This document shows positions 41,850 to 50,857 of a stretch of DNA of 64,000 nucleotides, in pieces. A program made the position numbers and the translations under genes. This DNA is from Lysobacter sp. (GTDB lineage: Bacteria; Pseudomonadota; Gammaproteobacteria; Xanthomonadales; Xanthomonadaceae), in contig DAHUXS010000018.1 in NCBI GenBank assembly GCA_027306995.1, forward strand, positions 73,426-137,425, written 5' to 3'. Positions within the stretch are counted from its first letter, which is position 1, and every line of letters starts with the position of its first letter. The notes under the pieces were generated by a model. That model was not told where the DNA came from and searched no databases. It saw nothing but the letters and a program-made list of their open reading frames with translations.

Positions 41850-44800
41850 ATGATCCGGATTGCCCTCGACCTGCAGGCGGGACAAACTGAGTCCCGGCAT
41901 CGCGGGATTGGCCGCTACAGCCTGGATCTGATGCAGCATGTAATTCGCGAAACGCTCCCCTCGGGCGGCCACGAGCTGGCATTCGGGATTGATGGCACCT
42001 ATGGCGACTCGGCACGGGAAATGGAATCATTCATCCGCGCCAATGCCGGCGACAAGGCACAAACCAGTCGATACTTTTATGCGGGCGCGCGCTACCCGCA
42101 TGGTCACCCGGAAGACAGATTGCGCCCCATGGCGCGAGAAATCGTTCGCGACCATTACCAGCGCCTAGGGGCAGACGTAGTCCACGTCAACAGTCTGTTT
42201 GAGGGTTTTGTCGAGCACGCGACCGGCGTGGCCGGAGTGGCTGATGTCGAATCCGCCATCACATCGGTCACGATGTACGACTTGATTCCACTCGTTTTCG
42301 CCGATCACTACCTACGTAACGAGGAATACGCTGCGTGGTATCGGCGCGCGCTCGCCGATCTGCAGCGTTTCGACTTACTGCTATGCATTTCGGAAGCCAC
42401 CCGGCGCGACGTGGTGAACCTTCTCGGTATCCCGCATTTCCGGACTGCTGTCATCCATGCTGGTGTGTCCGGGATGTTCCAGCCAGTACCGAATGCCCAA
42501 GCGATGTATCGCGACTTTTTGCGTGGCTATGGAATCCAGCGTCGATTTGTTCTCTATACAGGCAATGGTGACTTCCGCAAGAATCTTCCTTTTGCGATTA
42601 AGGCATTTTCAAGAATCAGCCCGGATGATCGACAAGGGGTGCAACTGGTATTCAACCAAGTGGAGCATGAGGAGAACTTGTGCGCGCTCGCATCTCGGGA
42701 AGGACTCACCCCGAACGATTTCGTGATTACCGGGAAAGTTCCGGATCAAGATCTGGTCAAATTATTGCAATCGTGCGATGCGTTCTTTTTTCCGTCGCTT
42801 TATGAAGGTTTCGGCCTTCCCGTCGTCGAGGCCATGGCATGCGGTGCTCCTGTGCTTGCTGCGGCAAATTCAAGTCTGGAAGAAATCGTCCAGCGCGGGG
42901 ATGCATTGTTCGATGCGACAAATGTCGACGAAGCTGCGGCTGGATTGACCAAGGTGTTGCAAGATCGGGACTTTAGCCATTCGCTGTCCGAGTGGGGCAA
43001 GCGCCACGCGCGGCAATTCACATGGGAGAACTCGGCAAAGCTGTCTTTGACGGCGTGGGAGCAGGCGGTAGAGCGCCGGCGGGCGCAGCACAATTCGCGG
43101 CGCTTCCACAAACAGCGGCAACGCATTGCGGTAGTAACGCCCTTACCGTCAGAAGCTACGGGGATTGCAGGATATGCGGCGCTTGTATTGCCATCACTGG
43201 CGTCCCGCTTCGATCTCGAGATATTCACGACAGCGGAAATTGCGAGGGTCCCCGAATATCTCAAGGCATATCCAACCTATAGCTGGCATTTATTTGATGC
43301 ACGCGCAGGCGAATTCGATGCCATCGTGTATCAATTTGGAAACTCGCCTTTCCACATGCACATGTTTGAATTGCTGGACAAACACCCGGGTGTGGTCGTC
43401 ATGCATGATGCTTACCTGAGTTCGATACTCGCCTACATGGATTCTGCCCACCCAGGTCTTTTCGCCAAGGAGCTTGGGTACTCACACGGACGGTCCGCCA
43501 TTGCATGCCTTGAAAAGGATGGTGTAGCAGCCGCCAAGTTGAAATTCCCGACTTCGCGTCGCGTCATCGAACGAGCGGACGCACTTATCGTGCATAGCGA
43601 TCATTCTGTGGATGTTCTTTCGGAGTTTTTCCCGCTTGCGGCGCGGCCGTCCATTTTTCGCGCGCCGATGCCACTGCATCCTGCCAGCCGGGAAGGCGCG
43701 GCGCGTCGACGTCAATCCGCCCGTGACCTTCTGGGGATTTCAGAGCGCGAACTTCTGGTCGTTTCCTTTGGATTCCTGGCCGATACGAAACTCAATGATC
43801 TTTTTCTGGAAGCTGCATCAATCCTTCCGGAGCGATTGCATTCGCGCGTCAAGATCGTTTTTGTGGGGGAAAACGAAGGCTCGGACTACGGTGCGCGCAT
43901 ACGCACGATGATCGCCGAGAGCCCGATTCAGGCGCGAATCACCGGGTTTGTCGATGATGAAACGTATTCGACCTATCTAGACGCCGCCGACTGTGCTGTC
44001 CAGTTGCGGGCCAGCAGTCGTGGTGAAACGTCCAAGGCGGTTTATGACTGCATGGCTGCGGGTATTCCCACGATTGTGAACGACTACGCGAGTTTTTCCG
44101 AAATCGACTCCGGCGCAGTAATCAAGGTTGAGCAAAGACCAACAGTTACCGGGCTTGCCAAAGCGATTGAGAACCTATTGATGGATCCTGTCGAGCGATC
44201 GTGTATTTCGGATGCTGCCCGGCAGTGCATTGAGCGTGAGCACGATCCCGACCTCACAGCTGCGGTCTATCGGGCGGCCGTGGATGCCGCCATGGCGGCG
44301 AGAAGCGCTAAAAATGCCTCCAGTCTGATTGAATCTATGGAGCAATGGTATCGCGGCCGGGAGCGGGACGCGGCCATCGAGCTTCCCGCCATCGCGCATG
44401 CACTGTCGCGCGAAGATTCGGCGAATGGCGTCCCACAAATCGTACTGGATCTTAGTGAAGTCATTGATCAGGACTATGGAACTGGTATTCATCGCGTTGT
44501 ACGTAATTTCGCACGAGAGCTGATGCTCTCCGAACAACCGACGCTGTGGACATGCAGGGCTATCGCGCATGCTCCTGATGGAGTCATTCGAAACGCCGAA
44601 GCACACGTGCCGAATCTTCTCGGACTGCCTGAAATGGAGCCTGTGCGCCGATGGGCAGCGGGGGACATTTTCTTTATGCTGGATTCTGCTTGGGAATCCC
44701 CAGAACGCTTTAACGCAACCATTAAGGCTGTCCATGATGCAGGCGGTCGAGTAGGAACCTTTCTCCACGATTTGATTCCTCTGCGATACCCGCAATATTG

Positions 44801-45572
44801 CGTTGACTATATGCCAATGGTTTTCAGGCGTTGGTTGGAATATGCAGTGTTAAATAGCGACCTGATCGTTTGCAACTCCAAGGCGACGGCAGACGATTTA
44901 CGCGCTTGGATTAAAGAGACTGACATGGAGCAGGTAACATCTCCGTGTATCGAGGTTGTGCAGCTTGGTTGTGATTTACGAGAGATTGCTGATGACATCC
45001 CCGTTAGTAAGCATGTAAAGAGCGCTATAGGGGAGCGGCCCGGAGCATTTATGATGGTCGGCACAATAGAGCCGCGAAAAGGTTATGGCACTGTGCTGGA
45101 CGCTTTTGATCTTATCTGGAACTCAGGTGTAAATACCAGTCTGGTGATTTTCGGGAAACGGGGATGGAACACTGAAAGCATCTGCGACCGTATTTTGAAG
45201 CATGAGGAATTTGGGAAACGTTTGTTTTGGTTTGAAGATGCCAGTGATATAGACCTGACTCATGCCTATCGAAATGCGGCATGCCTGATTCAAGCATCTT
45301 ACTGCGAGGGCTTTGGTCTACCGATTGTAGAGGCCGCACAATGGCATACCTCCTTAATCTTGTCCGATATTCCGGTGTTTAAGGAACTGGCCGGGGAAAG
45401 AGCTCGCTACTTTACTCCTGGTGATTCAGAAGCTCTATTTCGACTTCTAACTGAAGACCATCCCAACGAAGAGAAAAACACGCTCGAGTTTAACTGGTCA
45501 TGGCAAGCTGCCGCAGGCAGGCTTAAAAATGTTCTTCGCGAAAAATCGTCCCGTCAAATATGGAACCATTAG
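41850..45572 (+). CDS. 1240-aa multi-module glycosyltransferase (three GT-B/GT4-like modules), putative O-antigen polymerising enzyme
   Basis: Three separate GT-B C-terminal signatures: ..FPSLYEGFGLPVVEAMACGAPV.., ..LRASSRGETSKAVYDCMAAGIPTIV.., ..QASYCEGFGLPIVEAAQWHTSL.. Confidence 0.85.
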   Translation: MIRIALDLQAGQTESRHRGIGRYSLDLMQHVIRETLPSGGHELAFGIDGTYGDSAREMESFIRANAGDKAQTSRYFYAGARYPHGHPEDRLRPMAREIVRDHYQRLGADVVHVNSLFEGFVEHATGVAGVADVESAITSVTMYDLIPLVFADHYLRNEEYAAWYRRALADLQRFDLLLCISEATRRDVVNLLGIPHFRTAVIHAGVSGMFQPVPNAQAMYRDFLRGYGIQRRFVLYTGNGDFRKNLPFAIKAFSRISPDDRQGVQLVFNQVEHEENLCALASREGLTPNDFVITGKVPDQDLVKLLQSCDAFFFPSLYEGFGLPVVEAMACGAPVLAAANSSLEEIVQRGDALFDATNVDEAAAGLTKVLQDRDFSHSLSEWGKRHARQFTWENSAKLSLTAWEQAVERRRAQHNSRRFHKQRQRIAVVTPLPSEATGIAGYAALVLPSLASRFDLEIFTTAEIARVPEYLKAYPTYSWHLFDARAGEFDAIVYQFGNSPFHMHMFELLDKHPGVVVMHDAYLSSILAYMDSAHPGLFAKELGYSHGRSAIACLEKDGVAAAKLKFPTSRRVIERADALIVHSDHSVDVLSEFFPLAARPSIFRAPMPLHPASREGAARRRQSARDLLGISERELLVVSFGFLADTKLNDLFLEAASILPERLHSRVKIVFVGENEGSDYGARIRTMIAESPIQARITGFVDDETYSTYLDAADCAVQLRASSRGETSKAVYDCMAAGIPTIVNDYASFSEIDSGAVIKVEQRPTVTGLAKAIENLLMDPVERSCISDAARQCIEREHDPDLTAAVYRAAVDAAMAARSAKNASSLIESMEQWYRGRERDAAIELPAIAHALSREDSANGVPQIVLDLSEVIDQDYGTGIHRVVRNFARELMLSEQPTLWTCRAIAHAPDGVIRNAEAHVPNLLGLPEMEPVRRWAAGDIFFMLDSAWESPERFNATIKAVHDAGGRVGTFLHDLIPLRYPQYCVDYMPMVFRRWLEYAVLNSDLIVCNSKATADDLRAWIKETDMEQVTSPCIEVVQLGCDLREIADDIPVSKHVKSAIGERPGAFMMVGTIEPRKGYGTVLDAFDLIWNSGVNTSLVIFGKRGWNTESICDRILKHEEFGKRLFWFEDASDIDLTHAYRNAACLIQASYCEGFGLPIVEAAQWHTSLILSDIPVFKELAGERARYFTPGDSEALFRLLTEDHPNEEKNTLEFNWSWQAAAGRLKNVLREKSSRQIWNH

Positions 45573-45631
45573 GCGCGCACACTAAGTGATGACGCAATGC
45601 CTTCCTTGAAAAATATCATGGAAAAACTTTT

Positions 45632-46372
45632 GTGAAAGAAATTCCTAGCTTGGAAAATTCAGTTTCGTTTCTCACATCGCATTGGGGTGTATGTGAGTTA
45701 ATAAGTCGGGCGGAAGAATTTCATCTGCAGTTGATTCACCGGGCGCGAATACTTATGGTCAATCGTTTACTGCCGCCTGCTGCGAGAATCTTGGATCTTG
45801 GAGGGGCCAATGCGCCGTTGTACCATATGGGATATCAGCATCTCTTCCAGGAACTCGTAATGGTTGACCTTCCGAAGGAAGATCGCCATGAGATGTATAA
45901 GGATATCGATATATCGGTTGATGCCCCGGGGCGGGTGAGCATTCATTACAGCGATATGACGCATCTGCCTATGCTTTCTGACGAATCCTTTGATCTGATA
46001 TGGTCAGGTCAATCCATTGAACATGTCGACCTGCACGGGGGGGTTAACATGTGTAAAGAGGCATTTAGATTACTGAAACGGGGGGGGCATTTTTGCTTGG
46101 ATACCCCCAATCGGGAGCTTACAAAAATCCATACCAGTGATTGGCATGGAGGATTTATTCATCCAGAGCATAAGCACGAGTACACCAATAATGAATTGCG
46201 ATTGTTATTGGAGAAGACCGGATTCGGAATTAAGGAAAATATGGGTGTTTGTGAGATGCCCAAAACAGTAGAAACAGGCAAGTTTCATTATACGGACTTT
46301 GTAGTAGGCAATCCGTTGACCAGTAAGCCTGAAAGTGCCTATTGTATTTACTTTGATTGTGTACGCCCTTGA
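45632..46372 (+). CDS. class I SAM-dependent methyltransferase
   Basis: GTG start. ..ARILDLGGANAP.. (motif I), ..FDLIWSGQSIEHV.., ..LLKRGGHFCLDTPN.. Very AT-rich codon usage. Confidence 0.72.
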   Translation: MKEIPSLENSVSFLTSHWGVCELISRAEEFHLQLIHRARILMVNRLLPPAARILDLGGANAPLYHMGYQHLFQELVMVDLPKEDRHEMYKDIDISVDAPGRVSIHYSDMTHLPMLSDESFDLIWSGQSIEHVDLHGGVNMCKEAFRLLKRGGHFCLDTPNRELTKIHTSDWHGGFIHPEHKHEYTNNELRLLLEKTGFGIKENMGVCEMPKTVETGKFHYTDFVVGNPLTSKPESAYCIYFDCVRP

Positions 46373-46438
46373 GTGGGCTTTCAGGCTGAAATCATTAGAG
46401 CGCGACGTAACTTGCAGAGACTTATTCTATGGCAGAAC

Positions 46439-46461
46439 CCGCGCTAGCTAGAGTAGCGCGG
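46439..46461. terminator. hairpin at the convergence point of the two island operons
   Basis: ccgcgcta-gctagag-tagcgcgg, 8-bp perfect stem. No clear T-tract. Confidence 0.35.
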
Positions 46462-46481
46462 AATTCGCATGATCGATCAGA

Positions 46482-47036
46482 TTAAAGGGGGCCAATCACA
46501 ATAGGGGAGTCTCCAGCATCTGTGTACCAATGCACGCCTTCCTGAACGGCTGCCACTCTGAGCTTGCGCTCTTTCGTTCGCGCATCATTTGCAGGAATGT
46601 TTACATCGACCTCGGCAGTCGCACCCGGTTGAATGAGTGGAAGAGCTGCACGCACGAAATCTACAACTGCTCCGGGGCCAGTAACAGTTCCGTCGTTGCC
46701 GAGGATTTGTACCCCGAGATTTACAGGAAATTTCCCTGCCCCCTTAATCGGCTGCTTGCCGGCGTTCGTAACACTTATCTTCAAGACGCGGAACTTCCCG
46801 TCTGCAGAAGTCTGCAAGTCACCTTGCTGAGCCACTAGTGCCAAATGAAAGTCGGCTGCGGGAATCGCCGCGTTGACACCTTCTGGATCAATCGGTGGTG
46901 TATTTTGCTGCTGCGCTTGTTTTTTTTGTGACGCGTCAGCACCAGTCACGGATGGGGTGTTTGCCTTATCACAAGCGCCAAGTGCCATGCATAGCGTGGC
47001 AACGACGCAGGCAGTAGTAAAATTTGATTGCTTCAT
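46482..47036 (-). CDS. lipoprotein with Ig-like beta-sandwich domain
   Basis: Lipobox ..LCMALGAC|DK. Gln-rich linker. Domain ..FRVLKISVTNAGKQPI..PVNLGVQIL..LPLIQPGATAEVDVNIPA..KLRVAAVQEGVHWY.. Confidence 0.65.
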   Translation of the reverse strand: MKQSNFTTACVVATLCMALGACDKANTPSVTGADASQKKQAQQQNTPPIDPEGVNAAIPAADFHLALVAQQGDLQTSADGKFRVLKISVTNAGKQPIKGAGKFPVNLGVQILGNDGTVTGPGAVVDFVRAALPLIQPGATAEVDVNIPANDARTKERKLRVAAVQEGVHWYTDAGDSPIVIGPL

Positions 47037-47159
47037 GCCGTTGTGCCTCTCCGATACGGTAATGTCAACATAAAAATACGCCCAGGTCCGCTTTGCGACC
47101 TAGGTTCCAGTTTACCTCAAACAGTCGAAGAACAGTGGCTAGTGTAGTTCTGCCCTAGC

Positions 47160-48008
47160 TCAACGGAATGTGAGTTTGGTCAGCCCGATACCAAGTAATC
47201 GGCCATCCGGTGAGATCCCAAGCTGAGAGGGAGACATCGGGTGGTCTAAATTGAAACTAATTTCGATAACTCCGTCACGCTCTTTGAGCTCATTCACGGA
47301 AATTGTTATGACCATATTCGACGGAATATTATTCGGCTTTGCCACGATTGGTGATCGATCATGGCCATTAATGCTAGGGATTATTGTGAGAGCTTCGTGG
47401 CTGCCTGCAAGAAACGCGGTGTAATCAATGTCCACTATTAATGGACCTAATACATCGGGGGCTTTGAATCTGATGTACGCAGTCGATGAAGTTGACCATG
47501 CCCCCCATTTCTCGGGGGTCGCCCAAGTTTCATCCAAAAATTGCTTGAATGAAGGGTTGCTCGAAGGAAGATAGATCTCTCCCCTTGCCGCAATTACCAT
47601 CATTTCATCAATAGCTTGGGGGGACACTAAAAAAGAGGCATGCGGTTCTGACGAGAAGCGCGATGCGAAAAGACTCAACACTTGGCTGGCCGAACTTTCA
47701 GACATGTTGCAAAGACTACGGGAGTATAGGTGGGCTTCTGTCCCTGGCCCCAAGAACATTGCTTTTCTGCAGTGAGGCCCAAGAATAATGGAGGGACGGA
47801 TAATAGGGACTTCTCCCAGGCCAGAATATCGCTCAAAAAAAACCTCTTCTGGGGGATCGTAAATCGATGGGGCCAGCGTATATATGATTTTCGCGGCTGG
47901 CGATGGCTCAGTATAGATTTGTGGCTTGGACGGCCAATATTCGATTGAATTCCAAATTGCGGATACAAGAAAAAGAGCGCTCGCAGAAAAGAGTAAAGTT
48001 TTACTCAT
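47160..48008 (-). CDS. N-terminally membrane-anchored periplasmic protein, partner of the upstream GT-C-like protein
   Basis: MSKTLLFSASALFLVSAIW (one TM), then a soluble domain ending ..PSQLGISPDGRLLGIGLTKLTFR. ATGAGTAA 8-nt overlap with the upstream gene. Confidence 0.6.
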   Translation of the reverse strand: MSKTLLFSASALFLVSAIWNSIEYWPSKPQIYTEPSPAAKIIYTLAPSIYDPPEEVFFERYSGLGEVPIIRPSIILGPHCRKAMFLGPGTEAHLYSRSLCNMSESSASQVLSLFASRFSSEPHASFLVSPQAIDEMMVIAARGEIYLPSSNPSFKQFLDETWATPEKWGAWSTSSTAYIRFKAPDVLGPLIVDIDYTAFLAGSHEALTIIPSINGHDRSPIVAKPNNIPSNMVITISVNELKERDGVIEISFNLDHPMSPSQLGISPDGRLLGIGLTKLTFR

Positions 48009-49116
48009 GACGAGCTCCAAGCGCGCGCTGAATCAAGAGCCGCAGCGGAAAATAGAAGACCGGGATATACCACAACGCATATCTGGACACGTATACGGTA
48101 GCGCCGGAGTTCATGTTCTCACTTGCGCCGTGCGCATATAACGTAGCCCCAAGATATGTAATTACAAGAAGCGCAACTTGAGTGTCGATTTTTTTTAATT
48201 CTTCTTTGTTTTTGAATAGAACGTAAAAAGAGCTAAGCAGAATTAGGATGCCGACCGGCCAATTCGGAAGCAATCCAATGTCAGGATCAAAAATGTAATA
48301 CAGGCCGTTAAAATGGCCCTTAAGATTCGCCCCTCCAGCAAGTAGCTGGGGGGTCAAAACTCCATAACGACTCATATAGTAGATGGGATGCAGCAACACG
48401 ATACCTGCACTAGCTACGAGGCATATTAACTCCAGCAGAGATATGGTGCGCGCCTTGCATGATGCAAACAAGGCAAAAACCCAGCATGCTCCCGCCGGCA
48501 GCGCAAAACTGATGTTCTGGGTGCTGACAATGCTCAACAATAACGCGGCTAAAGACCATTTTTTCTGGGTGGCAGCTGCAACCGCGCTAATTGTGAGCGT
48601 AACGGTCCACCATTCCGTATGCACCTTATTGATAAACCAAAAAGTGGGCGAGAACGCGACGAGAACAAATGCAGTGATCAATCCTGATTTGCCATGCAAC
48701 TTCCAGCAGGCTGCCAACATGAAGCTTAGCAAAGCTGAATGGAGTAGGAGAAATGCTGCATGAATATGCCCTGGAAAGGCCAGTTCAAAAACGGAAGCAG
48801 CAAGAGGGTATGCCCAGAAATGATTGAAGTCGGCTGTGTTGCCTCGTCGTAACGCAGGGAACTTATTTCTTAATTGTTCTTCGGGCTCCAGTCCAGAAAC
48901 TGAGTTGCTGCTTACGAAATCGCCGTAAGAGGCCCAAGAGTCAGCATTCATATAAGGCTTGTGGGTTTTTGCCCACGCAATTTCCATTGCATAGTATTCA
49001 GAGCCATCACCGACGTTGACAGCTCTGAAGTGATGCGCACAGGCATACGTAAGCATGAATGCCGAAAGCACCAATATGGCAAACTTAGACGGGGGGAAAA
49101 ATCGCATGGCTTTCAT
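48001..49116 (-). CDS. polytopic membrane protein, GT-C-fold glycosyltransferase-like
   Basis: 371 aa, about 10 TM. The first loop carries ..VGDGSEYYAMEIAWAKTH.., which resembles the ArnT/PMT DExRYAEIARE-type loop. It sits in a GtrA/GT2 context. Confidence 0.55.
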   Translation of the reverse strand: MKAMRFFPPSKFAILVLSAFMLTYACAHHFRAVNVGDGSEYYAMEIAWAKTHKPYMNADSWASYGDFVSSNSVSGLEPEEQLRNKFPALRRGNTADFNHFWAYPLAASVFELAFPGHIHAAFLLLHSALLSFMLAACWKLHGKSGLITAFVLVAFSPTFWFINKVHTEWWTVTLTISAVAAATQKKWSLAALLLSIVSTQNISFALPAGACWVFALFASCKARTISLLELICLVASAGIVLLHPIYYMSRYGVLTPQLLAGGANLKGHFNGLYYIFDPDIGLLPNWPVGILILLSSFYVLFKNKEELKKIDTQVALLVITYLGATLYAHGASENMNSGATVYVSRYALWYIPVFYFPLRLLIQRALGARHE

Positions 49117-50441
49117 GCGTGACTCAGAATGCGCCCCAATTTTCGACCTTCTTTAACAGCATAATTGGTTCCTCGATCCTCCGGATAGACTTGAGCCATG
49201 CTCGTCAGGAAGACGTTCGGTAGAGGTGTCGAATTGCCAGGAACCAAGGTGGAATAGTGGCGCTCAGCAATGGGTTGTGCAAATTCTGCTTTCCACACAT
49301 GGGCATCCAGTATCCAGGACTTCTCAAAATCGGGGAACATCTTTTTCAGATGGGGTAATGAGAAATCAATGAGTTCCTGGTCGCTCATTTGATACATCTG
49401 GTGATCTGTAGGGAGGTATTTGGATAAATAAACAATGTGCCGTCCTCCGTAGGAGCTCGGCGGCTCGAAGTTGGTATGCTCGATCACCCCGACATATGGA
49501 AATCCGGGATCATTTACGTTAAGCCAATATGTGTCCGACAAGCTTCTGTCGAGGGATAAAACCAGGCAGACATTAGCGAGATACCGAATGCGTCGAAGCC
49601 TATCTAGGAACTCTGATGGAGCAACTTGTTGCAACAAATTGGCTGAAATGGGGAATGCAGTCGACAGGACTACGTTGTCTGCCTCAATGATCTCGCCATT
49701 CGCCAGTAGAATGCCTGTTGCCAGGCCATTTTCAGCCGCAACAGAAGACGCCGTGCTAGAAAGCAAGATAGTTCCACCCTGATTCCGAATCGCCTCGGCA
49801 AGACGCTCAGCTAAAGCTGCGAAACCACCTTTGTAGTACGCAAGGACCTCATCACCGGAACTGCTCCTGCTGCCGCCGCGGAGGACAAGTTTTTTCCAGA
49901 ACCAAACAGCGGAAACATCGTCTGCCACTGTCCCGAACTTTCCAACCAAAAGGGGGTCCCAGACAACGTCATATGCGCGTTGGCCACAAAGCTTTATCAG
50001 CCACTCTTTGGCGGTCAGTCCTTCCAGCTTCTTCCAGTCCTTGACTCTTCGGGCACGGAGCACAGCTAGCCCAAGGCGAATTCTGTCGACCATGGGGAGC
50101 GCTGAAAAGCGAAGCAAATCTAGGGGGGTGCTTAGCCGAAAAAACTGATTGGCATAGTACATTCCTGTTCGAGTTGGTCGGAGCAGAACGTTATCTTTGA
50201 CTCCAAGCTCTTCAATTATCTCCATGATCGCAACATCATTGTTGAACCAGTGGTGATAGAACTTTTCCAAGGTCTCGTCTTCGACCTTGAAGCCGCCTGC
50301 GAGTCCTCCAACCTCAGAATCGGCTTCGACAAGCGCAACAGATTTTCCCGCAAGTGTTAATTCATATGCGACAGCAAGCCCGGCAAAGCCACCGCCAACG
50401 ATAACTGTATGAAATTTACTTGCAATTGAATTGACTGGCAT
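49113..50441 (-). CDS. FAD/NAD(P)-binding oxidoreductase (amine-oxidase / phytoene-desaturase / HemY-like fold)
   Basis: N-terminal dinucleotide motif ..VIVGGGFAGLAVAYELTLAGKSVALVEADSEVGGLAG.. 442 aa. ATGA overlap with the GT-C-like gene. Confidence 0.85.
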   Translation of the reverse strand: MPVNSIASKFHTVIVGGGFAGLAVAYELTLAGKSVALVEADSEVGGLAGGFKVEDETLEKFYHHWFNNDVAIMEIIEELGVKDNVLLRPTRTGMYYANQFFRLSTPLDLLRFSALPMVDRIRLGLAVLRARRVKDWKKLEGLTAKEWLIKLCGQRAYDVVWDPLLVGKFGTVADDVSAVWFWKKLVLRGGSRSSSGDEVLAYYKGGFAALAERLAEAIRNQGGTILLSSTASSVAAENGLATGILLANGEIIEADNVVLSTAFPISANLLQQVAPSEFLDRLRRIRYLANVCLVLSLDRSLSDTYWLNVNDPGFPYVGVIEHTNFEPPSSYGGRHIVYLSKYLPTDHQMYQMSDQELIDFSLPHLKKMFPDFEKSWILDAHVWKAEFAQPIAERHYSTLVPGNSTPLPNVFLTSMAQVYPEDRGTNYAVKEGRKLGRILSHA

Positions 50442-50443
50442 GT

Positions 50444-50857
50444 TTACACCCGGGGAGCATGAGGCCGGAAGGTTATGGCCTTATTGATGGAAAATTGGAG
50501 AATTAAAACGAAGACAAGAGTGGCAAGCTTGGCTGCTATGGGGTGAATAGAGAAAATGCCAACGAGCACCCATAGTAGTGCGCTCGACAACAAATAGCCT
50601 AGTAGCGCAGTAGCGAGGAACAGCCCGAGTCGCTGGAGGGTGCGGTCGTAGGTCTTGAAAGTAAAATGCCTGTTTAATAAGAAGCTGACCAATGTACCCG
50701 ACGCGTAGCTTGCGAAGTTGGCAGGCTGATAGCCGATGCTTCGTTCAACAAGAAGTGAATAAATGGTCAAATCGATCAAGACACCAGTGCCGCCGCAAAC
50801 GGCGTACATGATGAATTGTTGAAGTTGCGCCCGGTTAGATAGAAGTTTTCGAATCAT
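50444..50857 (-). CDS. GtrA-family membrane protein (lipid-linked sugar translocation-associated)
   Basis: 4 TM. ..QFIMYAVCGGTGVLIDLTIYSLLV.. and ..FSINKAITFR are GtrA-like. The start is uncertain (50857 or 50917). Confidence 0.8.
   Translation of the reverse strand: MIRKLLSNRAQLQQFIMYAVCGGTGVLIDLTIYSLLVERSIGYQPANFASYASGTLVSFLLNRHFTFKTYDRTLQRLGLFLATALLGYLLSSALLWVLVGIFSIHPIAAKLATLVFVLILQFSINKAITFRPHAPRV

Noticed and set aside
49113-50441. The FAD protein as UDP-galactopyranose mutase (Glf).
   Set aside because: At 442 aa, with the C-terminal pattern (..YWLNVND..GVIEHTNF..VWKAEFAQPI..), it looks like the amine-oxidase/HemY/phytoene-desaturase group rather than Glf. A profile search is still needed to exclude Glf formally.
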